From IMG/VR virus record IMGVR_UViG_2541047849_000002: DNA of 19,746 bases. The stretch is one strand, 5' to 3'. Shown here piece by piece: positions 8,134 to 16,825 of the stretch. Numbering within the stretch: the first letter of the stretch is position 1; every line of letters begins with the position of its first letter. The notes below the pieces were generated by a model. It saw nothing but the letters and a program-made list of their open reading frames with translations. It ran no database searches and was not told the origin of the DNA. The stretch is from a virus (taxonomy: Duplodnaviria; Heunggongvirae; Uroviricota; Caudoviricetes). Both the position numbers and the translations under genes were made by a program.

Positions 8134-8492
8134 ATACCTACAGCATCACATTACCCTGGCCTCCGAGCAATAATCGCTATTACCGCCATAATCGCGGGCG
8201 CACGCACGTCAGCGCAGAGGGGCAGGCATACCGCGATAACGTCGCCCGAATCATTAAAAACGCAATGCTGGATATCGGCCTGGCTATGCCTGTGAAAATC
8301 CGCATTGAGTGCCACATGCCGGATCGCCGTCGCCGTGACCTGGATAATCTGCAAAAAGCCGCTTTTGACGCACTCACTAAAGCAGGTTTCTGGCTGGATG
8401 ATGAGCTGGTCGTTGATTACCGCGTTGTGAAGATGCCTGTTACCAAAGGTGGGAAGCTGGAACTGACCATCACTGAACTGGGAGATGAATGA
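8130..8492 (+). CDS. rusA: Holliday junction resolvase RusA, 120 aa
   Basis: GTG start overlapping the ybcO stop. [31 protein letters not shown]...[11 protein letters not shown] matches RusA. Confidence 0.95.
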   Translation: MNTYSITLPWPPSNNRYYRHNRGRTHVSAEGQAYRDNVARIIKNAMLDIGLAMPVKIRIECHMPDRRRRDLDNLQKAAFDALTKAGFWLDDELVVDYRVVKMPVTKGGKLELTITELGDE

Positions 8493-8629
8493 TGTTTGAG
8501 TCTTATATGGCAGAACGTCTTCGCCACCGCTGGATGCGCCTGCGCTTATATCGTTTCCCCGGTTCTGTTTTGACCGATTACCGAATACTGAGGAATTACG
8601 CCAAAACCCTGACAGGAGCAGGAGTATGA
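8489..8629 (+). CDS. ylcG: Small protein YlcG, 46 aa
   Basis: ATGATG start overlapping the rusA stop; translated manually as [46 protein letters not shown]. Confidence 0.55.
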   Translation: MMFESYMAERLRHRWMRLRLYRFPGSVLTDYRILRNYAKTLTGAGV

Positions 8630-8714
8630 AGTCAGAGATAACAATCAACTAATACTGTTTTATTGATTTTTGCTTGTAATTGGCGTTCTGGTCTGATTTT
8701 TGTGGAGTAAGTTG

Positions 8715-9098
8715 ATGCGTGATATTCAGATGGTTCTTGAGCGTTGGGGAGCGTGGGCGGCTAATAATCATGAAGATGTGACCTGGTCGTCCATTGCCGC
8801 CGGTTTTAAGGGATTAATTCCTTCAAAAGTAAAATCTCGCCCGCAATGTTGTGACGATGACGCGATGATCATTTGCGGGTGCATGGCCCGTCTGAAAAAG
8901 AACAACAGCGATTTGCACGATTTATTAGTAGATTATTATGTAGTCGGTATGACATTCATGTCACTGGCAGGTAAGCATTGCTGCTCTGATGGTTATATCG
9001 GGAAAAGGTTACAGAAGGCTGAGGGCATAATTGAAGGGATGTTAATGGCATTAGATATCCGGTTAGAGATGGATATCGTTGTTAATAACTCTAATTAA
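8715..9098 (+). CDS. quuD: Late-gene antiterminator Q homolog, 127 aa
   Basis: ATG at 8715 with GGAG Shine-Dalgarno. [24 protein letters not shown]... with a Cys-rich zinc-binding region; matches QuuD. Confidence 0.85.
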   Translation: MRDIQMVLERWGAWAANNHEDVTWSSIAAGFKGLIPSKVKSRPQCCDDDAMIICGCMARLKKNNSDLHDLLVDYYVVGMTFMSLAGKHCCSDGYIGKRLQKAEGIIEGMLMALDIRLEMDIVVNNSN

Positions 9099-9131
9099 TA
9101 TGCCAATTGTTTACTAAAAATTATTAAAAAT

Positions 9132-9149
9132 GGGGCGTTGAGACGCCCC
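9132..9149 (-). terminator. Hairpin GGGGCG-ttgaga-CGCCCC with a U-tract on the minus strand; candidate nmpC terminator
   Basis: Perfect 6-bp stem; on the minus strand it is followed by ATTTTTAATAATTTTT. Lies about 140 nt downstream of the nmpC stop. Confidence 0.35.
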
Positions 9150-9241
9150 CAAAAATAAAGGGTAATATATAACAGAAGGTTTATATAGTTAGAAGCAAGG
9201 TTGTGCTTCTAAAGGAAGTGGCTTGAGGGAGCCACTTATAT

Positions 9242-9277
9242 GTTGGGGAGGCAAAGCCTCCCGCAACATATCTTTTT
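9242..9277 (+). terminator. Intrinsic terminator on the plus strand downstream of Q (tR-prime-like)
   Basis: GGGAGGC-aaa-GCCTCCC stem (extendable with one bulge) followed by ATATCTTTTTCG. Position relative to Q mirrors lambda pR-prime/6S RNA/tR-prime. Confidence 0.4.
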
Positions 9278-9287
9278 CGTAATCAGA

Positions 9288-10370
9288 TTAGAACTGATAC
9301 ACCAGACCTACAGCGACGATGTCGTCGGTATCAATACCAGCTGTTTTGGTAAACTTACTATCGTCAATTAAGTTGATTTTGTAATCAACAAAAGTGGACA
9401 TGTTTTTATTAAAGTAGTAAGTAGCACCGACATCGACATACTTGACTAAGTCTCGGTCACCATGAACACCAAGGTCTTTACCTTTTGACTGAAGGTAAGC
9501 AACAGATGGTCGCAGACCGAAGTCAAACTGATATTGTGCTACTGCTTCAAAGTTTTGTGCTTTGTTTGCAATATGGTTATTACCAAAAACGGTCATATTC
9601 TGAGTTTCAGAATATGTGGTAGCCAGATAGATATTGTTCGCATCATATTTCAGGCCTGCAGCCCATACTTCCGCATTTTTGCCGGAGGCATTGAATTTGC
9701 TCTTACCATAGGCGACCTGACCGTCAGTGCGATCTGATTTAGCATAGGTTGCACCCACGCCGAATCCTTCATACTCATAAGTAGTGGAGAAACCGAAACC
9801 ATCACCATTGGCTTCAGTTACGTCAGTGCGGTCATTTTTACCCTGATACTGAGCAGCAAAGTTCAGGCCATCGACCAGACCAAAGAAGTCGTTGTTACGA
9901 TAGGTTGCAACACCAGTGGTGCGACCAGTCATGAACACATCTGTTTGGGTCCAGGTATCGCCACCGAATTCTGGCAGAACGTCAGTCCACGCACCGATGT
10001 CGTATGCTACACCGTAGTTACGGCCGTAATCGATTGAGCCGTAGTCACCGAATTTCAGGCCTGCAAATGCAAGACGGGTTTTGTCTTTGGAGGAACCTTG
10101 AGATTCAGCGCGGTTGCCTTTGAATTCATATTCCCACTGACCGAAACCAGTCAGTTGATCGTTGATTTGGGTTTCACCTTTGAAGCCAAGACGGGCATAA
10201 GTAGTATCACCATCATCTGCATCGTTAGAGGAAAAGTAGTGCTTGGCATTAACTTTCCCGTACAGATCCAGCTTGTTACTGTCTTTATTATAAATTTCAG
10301 CTGCCTGAGCAGACATCGCCATCAGTACTGATGCAGCTACAGCAGAAATTGCCACTGTTAATTTTTTCAT
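9288..10370 (-). CDS. nmpC: Outer membrane general porin (NmpC/OmpD type), intact, 360 aa
   Basis: Signal peptide ending AQA, beta-barrel porin sequence throughout, C-terminal VYQF. AAGGG Shine-Dalgarno. Matches NmpC. Confidence 0.95.
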   Translation of the reverse strand: MKKLTVAISAVAASVLMAMSAQAAEIYNKDSNKLDLYGKVNAKHYFSSNDADDGDTTYARLGFKGETQINDQLTGFGQWEYEFKGNRAESQGSSKDKTRLAFAGLKFGDYGSIDYGRNYGVAYDIGAWTDVLPEFGGDTWTQTDVFMTGRTTGVATYRNNDFFGLVDGLNFAAQYQGKNDRTDVTEANGDGFGFSTTYEYEGFGVGATYAKSDRTDGQVAYGKSKFNASGKNAEVWAAGLKYDANNIYLATTYSETQNMTVFGNNHIANKAQNFEAVAQYQFDFGLRPSVAYLQSKGKDLGVHGDRDLVKYVDVGATYYFNKNMSTFVDYKINLIDDSKFTKTAGIDTDDIVAVGLVYQF

Positions 10371-10958
10371 CGTGAGCCCTTTTTTTTGAACTATTATTAA
10401 AAAATGATGTCACTGCGCGATAAATATTCATCTAATCAATGTGATTATTTCAAGATGTAAGTTTTAGTTTCTCATTTAATTTGTGAAGTAGATCTCTATT
10501 TTTATCTGAACTTTTTCTATCGAAACCTATTTATGGCTCTTATTTGAACAAAAATAAACCTATTAGCTAATTTATATTAATGGCTGTTATTTATGGGGGT
10601 TCTATAATTCGGTGGTTTAATTTAAATCAACTAAAAATAACGCCGGAAATTATTTATTGGTTATTTGTTGAGGTTTTCTTATATATTTGTGGTGGTGTTT
10701 TGAACACTCGGTAGCATTCTCATAAATATCATTCAGTGGTTTACGTACGTAAAAAATTGGTTATGCTGTTAAGAGTGGTTACTTCGTCACACAGCTTAAA
10801 CCCGCCGTCGAGCTGGTTTTTCCATTTTTTGAGTCTCGATATTAGCTGATAACTCAATACCTGAGTTATTCACTGACTCCGAGTCTGTTACGTTTCTGCT
10901 TTTTTGCGATACGTTGTATTCCCTCAATTTACACCCGCTTTGTCTGCGAGGTGGGGTT

Positions 10959-11174
10959 ATGAAATCCATGGATAAGTTAACAACGGGTGTCGCCTATGGC
11001 ACCTCAGCAGGTAGTGCCGGTTACTGGTTTTTACAGCTGCTCGATAAAGTCACGCCCTCACAGTGGGCAGCAATAGGTGTGCTGGGTAGCCTGGTATTTG
11101 GCCTGCTGACGTACCTGACAAACCTTTATTTCAAGATTAAAGAAGATAAGCGCAAGGCTGCGAGAGGTGAATAA
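10959..11174 (+). CDS. essD: Class II holin (phage 21 S-type pinholin), 71 aa, with dual-start motif
   Basis: [25 protein letters not shown]... with two transmembrane segments and a charged C-terminus. GAGGTGGGG Shine-Dalgarno. Met1 and Met4 give the holin/antiholin dual start. Confidence 0.85.
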
Positions 11175-11671
11175 TGCCTCCATCATTACGAAAAGCCGTT
11201 GCTGCTGCTATTGGTGGCGGAGCAATTGCTATAGCATCAGTGTTAATCACTGGCCCAAGTGGTAACGATGGTCTGGAAGGTGTCAGCTACATACCATACA
11301 AAGATATTGTTGGTGTATGGACTGTATGTCACGGGCATACAGGAAAAGACATCATGCTCGGTAAAACGTATACCAAAGCAGAATGCAAAGCCCTCCTGAA
11401 TAAAGACCTTGCCACGGTCGCCAGACAAATTAACCCGTACATAAAAGTTGATATACCGGAAACAACGCGCGGCGCTCTTTACTCGTTCGTTTACAACGTG
11501 GGCGCTGGCAATTTCAGAACATCGACGCTTCTTCGCAAAATAAACCAGGGCGATATCAAAGGCGCATGTGATCAGCTACGTCGCTGGACATATGCTGGCG
11601 GTAAGCAATGGAAAGGTCTCATGACTCGTCGTGAGATTGAGCGTGAAATCTGTTTGTGGGGTCAGCAATGA
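11174..11671 (+). CDS. rrrD: SAR (signal-anchor-release) endolysin / lysozyme, 165 aa
   Basis: ATG overlaps the essD stop. N-terminal Gly/Ala-rich weakly hydrophobic segment ([18 protein letters not shown]) followed by a lysozyme fold; matches RrrD / R21. Confidence 0.95.
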   Translation: MPPSLRKAVAAAIGGGAIAIASVLITGPSGNDGLEGVSYIPYKDIVGVWTVCHGHTGKDIMLGKTYTKAECKALLNKDLATVARQINPYIKVDIPETTRGALYSFVYNVGAGNFRTSTLLRKINQGDIKGACDQLRRWTYAGGKQWKGLMTRREIEREICLWGQQ

Positions 11672-12129
11672 ACAGAGTAACCGCGATTATCTCCGCTCTG
11701 GTTATCTGCATCATCGTCTGCCTGTCATGGGCTGTTAATCATTACCGTGATAACGCCATTACCTACAAAGCCCAGCGCGACAAAAATGCCAGAGAACTGA
11801 AGCTGGCGAACGCGGCAATTACTGACATGCAGATGCGCCAGCGTGATGTTGCTGCACTGGATGAAAAATACACGAAGGAGTTAGCTAATGCGAAAGCTGA
11901 AAATGATGCTCTGCGTGATGATGTTGCCGCTGGTCGTCGTCGGTTGCACATCAAAGCAGTCTGTCAGTCAGTGCGTGAAGCCACCACCGCCTCCGGCGTG
12001 GATAATGCAGCCTCCCCCCGACTGGCAGACACCGCTGAACGGGATTATTTCACCCTCAGAGAGAGGCTGATCACTATGCAAAAACAACTGGAAGGAACCC
12101 AGAAGTATATTAATGAGCAGTGCAGATAG
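11668..12129 (+). CDS. rzpD: Rz i-spanin, 153 aa
   Basis: ATGA overlap with rrrD. N-terminal transmembrane segment and coiled-coil periplasmic domain; matches RzpD. Confidence 0.9.
   Translation: MNRVTAIISALVICIIVCLSWAVNHYRDNAITYKAQRDKNARELKLANAAITDMQMRQRDVAALDEKYTKELANAKAENDALRDDVAAGRRRLHIKAVCQSVREATTASGVDNAASPRLADTAERDYFTLRERLITMQKQLEGTQKYINEQCR
11888..12070 (+). CDS. rzoD: Rz1 o-spanin lipoprotein, 60 aa, embedded in the +1 frame of Rz
   Basis: [20 protein letters not shown] lipobox and a Pro-rich mature part ([15 protein letters not shown]). Entirely inside rzpD. Confidence 0.85.
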   Translation: MRKLKMMLCVMMLPLVVVGCTSKQSVSQCVKPPPPPAWIMQPPPDWQTPLNGIISPSERG

Positions 12130-12160
12130 AGCTGCCCATATCGATGGGCAACTCATGCAA

Positions 12161-12454
12161 TTATTGTGAGCAATACACACGCGCTTCCAGCGGAGTATAA
12201 ATGCCTAAAGTAATAAAACCGAGCAATCCATTTACGAATGTTTGCTGGGTTTCTGTTTTAACAACATTTTCTGCGCCGCCACAAATTTTGGCTGCATCAA
12301 CAGTTTTCTCCTGTCCAATTCCCGAAACGAAGAAGTGATGGGTGATGGTTTCCTTTGGTGTTACTGCTGTCGGTTTGTTTCCAACAGTAAACGTCTGTTG
12401 AGCACATCCTGTAATAAGCATTGCCAGAGCGGCAGAAAACAACATTTTTTTCAT
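12161..12454 (-). CDS. borD: Bor-family outer membrane lipoprotein, 97 aa
   Basis: MKKMLFSAALAMLITGC lipoprotein signal with AGGA Shine-Dalgarno; matches Bor/BorD. Confidence 0.9.
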   Translation of the reverse strand: MKKMLFSAALAMLITGCAQQTFTVGNKPTAVTPKETITHHFFVSGIGQEKTVDAAKICGGAENVVKTETQQTFVNGLLGFITLGIYTPLEARVYCSQ

Positions 12455-12813
12455 CTTATTATCCTGCATTGTTAAAAACGGCAGAATCCTATGTGACAAC
12501 AATTAAACGATAGTTAAATGGATTGATGAAAATTAAAACTATATAGGTGGATGCTCAGCCTATTGGAGGAGGGGGGCACTCAGAATCCTGTGGAATGAAA
12601 TAAACCGCTCTTTCTGTCCATTACCCTTTTAGCTGCGCTGTATCGTCGCCGTATTCCCGCATTAACCATGACCGTAGCCCGACGGGGAATTCCTTCTGCG
12701 TGAGTGTGCGGGAATAATCAAAAACGATGCACACCGGGTTTTACTGTGCTGACAGACGCAGGGTTACCCTCATAGTCGCTTTTCCGGTGCGATGGTGGAA
12801 GAAACCGGGATGT

Positions 12814-13008
12814 TTATTCATCATCACTCTGGATTGATGTATATGCTCTCTTTTCTGACGTTAGTCTCCGACGGCAGGCTTCAATGACCCAGGCTGAGAA
12901 ATTCCCAGACCCTTTTTGCTCAAGAGCGATGTTAATTTGTTCAATCATTTGGTTAGGAAAGCGGATGTTGCGGGTTGTTGTTCTGCGGGTTCTGTTCTTA
13001 GTTGACAT
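12814..13008 (-). CDS. Small ribbon-helix-helix (Arc/Mnt-like) DNA-binding protein, 64 aa; possibly YlcI
   Basis: RNIRFPNQMIEQINIALEQKGSGNFSAWVIEACRRRL follows the Arc-type beta-strand plus two-helix pattern. Sits where lambda has small ORFs between bor and cos. Confidence 0.55.
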   Translation of the reverse strand: MSTKNRTRRTTTRNIRFPNQMIEQINIALEQKGSGNFSAWVIEACRRRLTSEKRAYTSIQSDDE

Positions 13009-13194
13009 GAGGTTGCCCCGTATTCAGTGTCGCTGATTTGTATTGTCTGAATTTGTTTTTACGTTAAGTTGATGCAGATCAATTAATACGATACCTGCGT
13101 CATAATTGATTATTTGACGTGGTTTGATGGCGTAGATGCACGTTGTGACATGTAGATGATAATTATTATCATTTTGCGGGTCCTTTCCGGCGAT

Positions 13195-13396
13195 CCGACA
13201 GGTTACGGGGCGGCGACCTCGCGGGTTTTCTCTATTTATGAAAATTTTCCGGTTTAAGGCATTTCCGTTCTTCTTCGTCGTAACTTAATGTTTTTATTTA
13301 AAATACCCCCTGAAAAGAAAGGAAACGACAGGTGCTGAAAACGAGCTTTTGGGCCTCTGTCGTTTCCTTTCTCTGTTTTTGGCCGTGGAATGAACA
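13195..13396 (+). other. Lambda-type cos site: right-end sequence, cosN 12-nt cohesive end GGGCGGCGACCT at 13208-13219, and cosB up to the Nu1 start
   Basis: ...GATCCGACAGGTTACG|GGGCGGCGACCT|CGCGGGTTTTC.CTATTTATGAAAATTTTCCGGTTTAAGGC... agrees almost base for base with the joined ends of the lambda genome as I recall them. Confidence 0.8.
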
Positions 13397-15823
13397 ATGG
13401 AAGTCAACAAAAAGCAGCTGGCTGACATTTTCGGTGCGAGTATCCGTACCATTCAGAACTGGCAGGAACAGGGAATGCCCGTTCTGCGAGGCGGTGGCAA
13501 GGGTAATGAGGTGCTTTATGACTCTGCCGCCGTTATAAGATGGTATGCCGAAAGGGATGCTGAAATTGAGAACGAAAAGCTGCGCCGGGAAGTTGAAGAA
13601 CTGCGGCAGGCCAGCGAGACAGATCTCCAGCCAGGGACTATTGAGTACGAACGCCATCGACTTACGCGTGCGCAGGCCGACGCACAGGAGCTGAAAAATG
13701 CCAGAGACTCCGCTGAAGTGGTGGAAACCGCATTCTGTACTTTCGTGCTGTCGCGGATCGCAGGTGAAATTGCCAGTATTCTCGACGGGATCCCCCTGTC
13801 GGTGCAGCGGCGTTTTCCGGAACTGGAAAACCGACATGTTGATTTCCTGAAACGGGATATCATCAAAGCCATGAACAAAGCAGCCGCGCTGGATGAACTG
13901 ATACCGGGGTTGCTGAGTGAATATAACAGCGCACAGGCGGCAGCGTCCTCGCAGACTGCATCGGCAAACTCCGCGACAGCAGCCAAAAAATCAGAAACCA
14001 ACGCGAAAAACAGCGAGACAGCCGCAAAGACGAGCGAAACCAACGCAAAGTCCAGCCAGACGGCAGCGAAAACCAGCGAAACGAATGCCAAAGCCAGTGA
14101 AACTGCGGCGAAAAATAGCCAGAATGCAGCAGCCGAAAGCGAGAGCGCGGCAGCCGGTTCTGCGACTGCAGCAGCTGGATCAGCAACTGCTGCGGCTAAC
14201 AGCCAGAAAGCAGCGAAGACGAGCGAAACTAACGCAAAGTCCAGCCAGACGGCAGCGAAGACCAGCGAAACAAATGCCAAAGCCAGCGAAACTGCGGCGA
14301 AAAGCAGTCAGGATGCAGCAGCCGAAAGCGAGAGTGCTGCAGCTGGTTCTGCAAGTGCGGCGGCTGCTTCTGCCACTGCATCAGCAAACAGTCAAAAAGC
14401 TGCAAAAACCAGTGAAACCAATGCAAAGACAAGCGAGACTGCAGCGGCGAACTCGGCGCAAGCATCGGCAGCAAGCCAGACAGCAGCTAAAGCAAGTGAG
14501 GATGCAGCCAGAGAGTATGCAAGCCAGGCAGCAGAGCCGTATAAATATGTCTTACAGCCACTGCCTGATGTGTGGATACCGTTTAACGATTCACTGGATA
14601 TGCTTGCTGGCTTTTCGCCTGGTTATAAGCAAATAACCGTAGGTGATGATGTTATTAAAATGCCATCCGATAAGGTTGTTAGCTTCAAACGCGCATCAGG
14701 TGCAACATACATTAATAAATCAGGTGTATTAACCGTTGCTGAAGTTGACGAACCGCGATTTGAACGAGAAGGTTTGCTGATTGAAGGACAGAGAACAAAC
14801 TATTTCAGAAATTCAAATACACCAGAAGCATGGAATAACACGGGTAGTGTGTCTGTTGAGTCGTTCGACAGTGATAAGGGGTTTAACTATGGAAGGATAA
14901 CTGTTATCAATGAAAATCCGACAGCACAAGGATATCAGGCAATTGCTGTAAACACGAATGATGCTTACACCTGCCCGGCAGGTTCTTATACGACGATATC
15001 GTGTCTGACGAAAAGTGATAATTCCCGGTGTCGTGCAAGGTTCGGAAAAATGTCTGATAATGGTGCGTTTGTTTTTCATTCAGATGCAGTTCTGGATCCT
15101 GTTACGGGAAATGTTGTTCATGGAAATAATGTGACGGTGACGGCAGAAAGAGTCGGTGAATGGTGGTTGTTTACCGCCACTCTTTTTGCAGATGCGGAAA
15201 TGATAATCAGCTCAAGATTTGAAATCCTGGCGATGCCTGGAATCAGTATTATCCCCAATGGCTCTACGTTAGATATTGCGATGCCTCAGGCGGAGATTGG
15301 GTCGTACAGGACGTCATTTATCATTACTGAAGGGGCTCCTGGCACTCGCTCCAGCGACATGGTGACAATACCTGTAAGAAACAATATTCACCGATTACCA
15401 TTCAGTGCTCTTGTTGAAGTTAATAAAAACTGGGATATCCCTCCCAGCAAATCACCATTAATCTTTAATGTTAAAGATTATCAGGAAAATGGTCTGTTCA
15501 CGCATGGATTCCGTGGTAATAATTTCTCTGATGCCGGTTCTCCTTTTATTTCTATGGGAGGGTGTAATAAATATGTGGCAACAACCCAGAGGAAAATCAT
15601 TTCAGGCTTCCGTTGTGGCGCTGATGGAGATGTTCAGGCCGTATGTAATGGTGAATTATCTGTTGCGGCAAAAACAACATGGACTTCAATTGTTCCACGG
15701 GCAGTATTGCGAATTGGAGGGCAGGGCACTAATGGGGAGTATCATCTTTTTGGTCATATCCGTAATCTGCGTATCTGGCATAAAGAATTAACTGATGCGC
15801 AAATGGGGGAGAGTATTAAATGA
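13397..15823 (+). CDS. Chimeric ORF, 808 aa: terminase small subunit Nu1 (residues 1-176) fused in frame to the shaft and C-terminal receptor-binding part of a side tail fibre
   Basis: Residues 1-176 (MEVNKKQLADIFGASIRTIQNWQEQGMPVLRGG...PGLLSEY) match lambda Nu1, which continues IEQSG-stop. Here the frame continues into Ala/Ser/Thr-rich SETNAK repeats and a C-terminal jelly-roll-like domain (...GEYHLFGHIRNLRIWHKELTDAQM). Junction at about 13922-13927. Confidence 0.8.
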   Translation: MEVNKKQLADIFGASIRTIQNWQEQGMPVLRGGGKGNEVLYDSAAVIRWYAERDAEIENEKLRREVEELRQASETDLQPGTIEYERHRLTRAQADAQELKNARDSAEVVETAFCTFVLSRIAGEIASILDGIPLSVQRRFPELENRHVDFLKRDIIKAMNKAAALDELIPGLLSEYNSAQAAASSQTASANSATAAKKSETNAKNSETAAKTSETNAKSSQTAAKTSETNAKASETAAKNSQNAAAESESAAAGSATAAAGSATAAANSQKAAKTSETNAKSSQTAAKTSETNAKASETAAKSSQDAAAESESAAAGSASAAAASATASANSQKAAKTSETNAKTSETAAANSAQASAASQTAAKASEDAAREYASQAAEPYKYVLQPLPDVWIPFNDSLDMLAGFSPGYKQITVGDDVIKMPSDKVVSFKRASGATYINKSGVLTVAEVDEPRFEREGLLIEGQRTNYFRNSNTPEAWNNTGSVSVESFDSDKGFNYGRITVINENPTAQGYQAIAVNTNDAYTCPAGSYTTISCLTKSDNSRCRARFGKMSDNGAFVFHSDAVLDPVTGNVVHGNNVTVTAERVGEWWLFTATLFADAEMIISSRFEILAMPGISIIPNGSTLDIAMPQAEIGSYRTSFIITEGAPGTRSSDMVTIPVRNNIHRLPFSALVEVNKNWDIPPSKSPLIFNVKDYQENGLFTHGFRGNNFSDAGSPFISMGGCNKYVATTQRKIISGFRCGADGDVQAVCNGELSVAAKTTWTSIVPRAVLRIGGQGTNGEYHLFGHIRNLRIWHKELTDAQMGESIK
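14030..14407 (+). repeat. Tandem duplication of a 189-bp (63-codon) unit within the tail-fibre shaft, with partial related units on both sides (about 13975-14480)
   Basis: Unit 1 at 14030-14218 and unit 2 at 14219-14407 are near-identical (TSETNAKSSQTAAKTSETNAKASETAAK...ANSQKAAK). Confidence 0.85.
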
Positions 15824-16101
15824 AAGATTTAACACTCAAATTTGCAGACAGGGCCGACTTTTCGGCCTTTATGGAGAGTATTGGCTATTATGATGACGAG
15901 TCGATGCAGGATGATATTCTTATTGACGTGATAGGTAACGTGTACAAAGAAACCGGAGAACTGACTGAAGATGGCGAACCGGTATGTGTTAAGGAAGACG
16001 GATATTTTGTAAACGTGCGCATCATTAATGATGTAAAAAAATCGTCAATATTCGATAAATACGCGGTTGTTGTTGAGCATCAACTTCGTGGCTGGATGTG
16101 A
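15820..16101 (+). CDS. Small acidic hypothetical protein, 93 aa, translationally coupled to the tail-fibre ORF
   Basis: ATGA start/stop overlap with the upstream ORF. About 20 Asp/Glu against about 10 Lys/Arg. No family recognised. Confidence 0.5.
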   Translation: MKDLTLKFADRADFSAFMESIGYYDDESMQDDILIDVIGNVYKETGELTEDGEPVCVKEDGYFVNVRIINDVKKSSIFDKYAVVVEHQLRGWM

Positions 16102-16110
16102 GGGAGACAA

Positions 16111-16815
16111 ATGGCTACATCGACAGTAATTCCAGGAGATATCACCACGCTAAAGGGAGATGTCAGTAAAACTAAGGAAGATATTTCCTCAATTAACGGA
16201 AAAGTATCAACGCTTCAGACTGGTATGACCAGTGCAAAGCAGGATATCAGCACCAGATACACAAAAACTGAAGTTGATAATAAGCTGAAAAACAAACTGG
16301 AAGTGAACGATCTGGAAAGCGGTCGTTATGGTGGAGATTTTTACCCGTTGACTGGCCGTGAAGCGTTTTATATGTGGGGATTGGGCACGACTACAGCGGC
16401 GGCAAACCTTTATCTTAATCCTGACCCTGCAATTTCGTCTGTACTGCGGTCAACATCGTCTATTCGCTATAAACATTCAGTAGAGACGATAGATTCAGAG
16501 CACGCCGATCTCATTTTCAGGATGCGCCCTGTGTGGTACAGGTCGCAATGCGAAAATGACAGGCGTGACTGGGGATTCTACGGATTGATTGCCGAGGAAG
16601 TAGGAGAAATTGCCCCTCAGTTTGTACACTGGCGACCAGCTAACGAAGATGATGCTCCTGAAGCTATTTCCAGCAATGGCCTTGTTGCCGAAGGTGTAAT
16701 GTACGAACGTCTGGTTGTTCCACTGATTCACCATATCCAGAAGCTGACTGAAAGAGTTGATGAACTTGAGTCAGAATTAAAGTTGTTATCCGTTTCCCGA
16801 AGCGATATCGGATAA
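16111..16815 (+). CDS. Tail-fibre-like protein, 234 aa: coiled N-terminal segment plus C-terminal intramolecular-chaperone (peptidase S74-type) domain
   Basis: GAGGGAGA Shine-Dalgarno. The C-terminal half (SSIRYKHSVETIDSEHADLIFRMRPVWYR...WGFYGLIAEEVGEIAPQFVHW...LVVPLIHHIQKLTERVDELESEL) follows the pattern of the self-cleaving chaperone domain of endosialidase/tail fibres, with Ser and Lys five residues apart. Confidence 0.55.
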   Translation: MATSTVIPGDITTLKGDVSKTKEDISSINGKVSTLQTGMTSAKQDISTRYTKTEVDNKLKNKLEVNDLESGRYGGDFYPLTGREAFYMWGLGTTTAAANLYLNPDPAISSVLRSTSSIRYKHSVETIDSEHADLIFRMRPVWYRSQCENDRRDWGFYGLIAEEVGEIAPQFVHWRPANEDDAPEAISSNGLVAEGVMYERLVVPLIHHIQKLTERVDELESELKLLSVSRSDIG

Positions 16816-16825
16816 AGGAGGAGTA

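Noticed and set aside
7111-8648. Minus-strand ORFs (118, 164, 112, 84, 165, 65 aa) opposite ybcN, ninE, ybcO and rusA
   Set aside because: All are antisense to tightly packed genes with strong family matches; composition-driven open frames.
12133-12148. Hairpin GCCCAT-atcg-ATGGGC between convergent rzpD and borD as a bidirectional terminator
   Set aside because: Perfect 6-bp stem but no U-tract on either strand; too weak to call.
12455-12813. Gene-free gap between borD and the RHH gene where, as I recall, K-12 carries ybcV and ybcW
   Set aside because: No ORF of 60 codons or more, and I could not recognise a remnant by eye. Left unannotated; a tBLASTn search would settle it.
13516-14636. 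Long ORFs in alternative frames on both strands across the tail-fibre repeat region (254 aa minus; 239, 107 and 81 aa others)
   Set aside because: They lie entirely within the well-supported Nu1/tail-fibre frame and are low-complexity Ala/Ser/Arg/Pro-rich translations, the expected artefact of GC-rich repeated codons. No start context.
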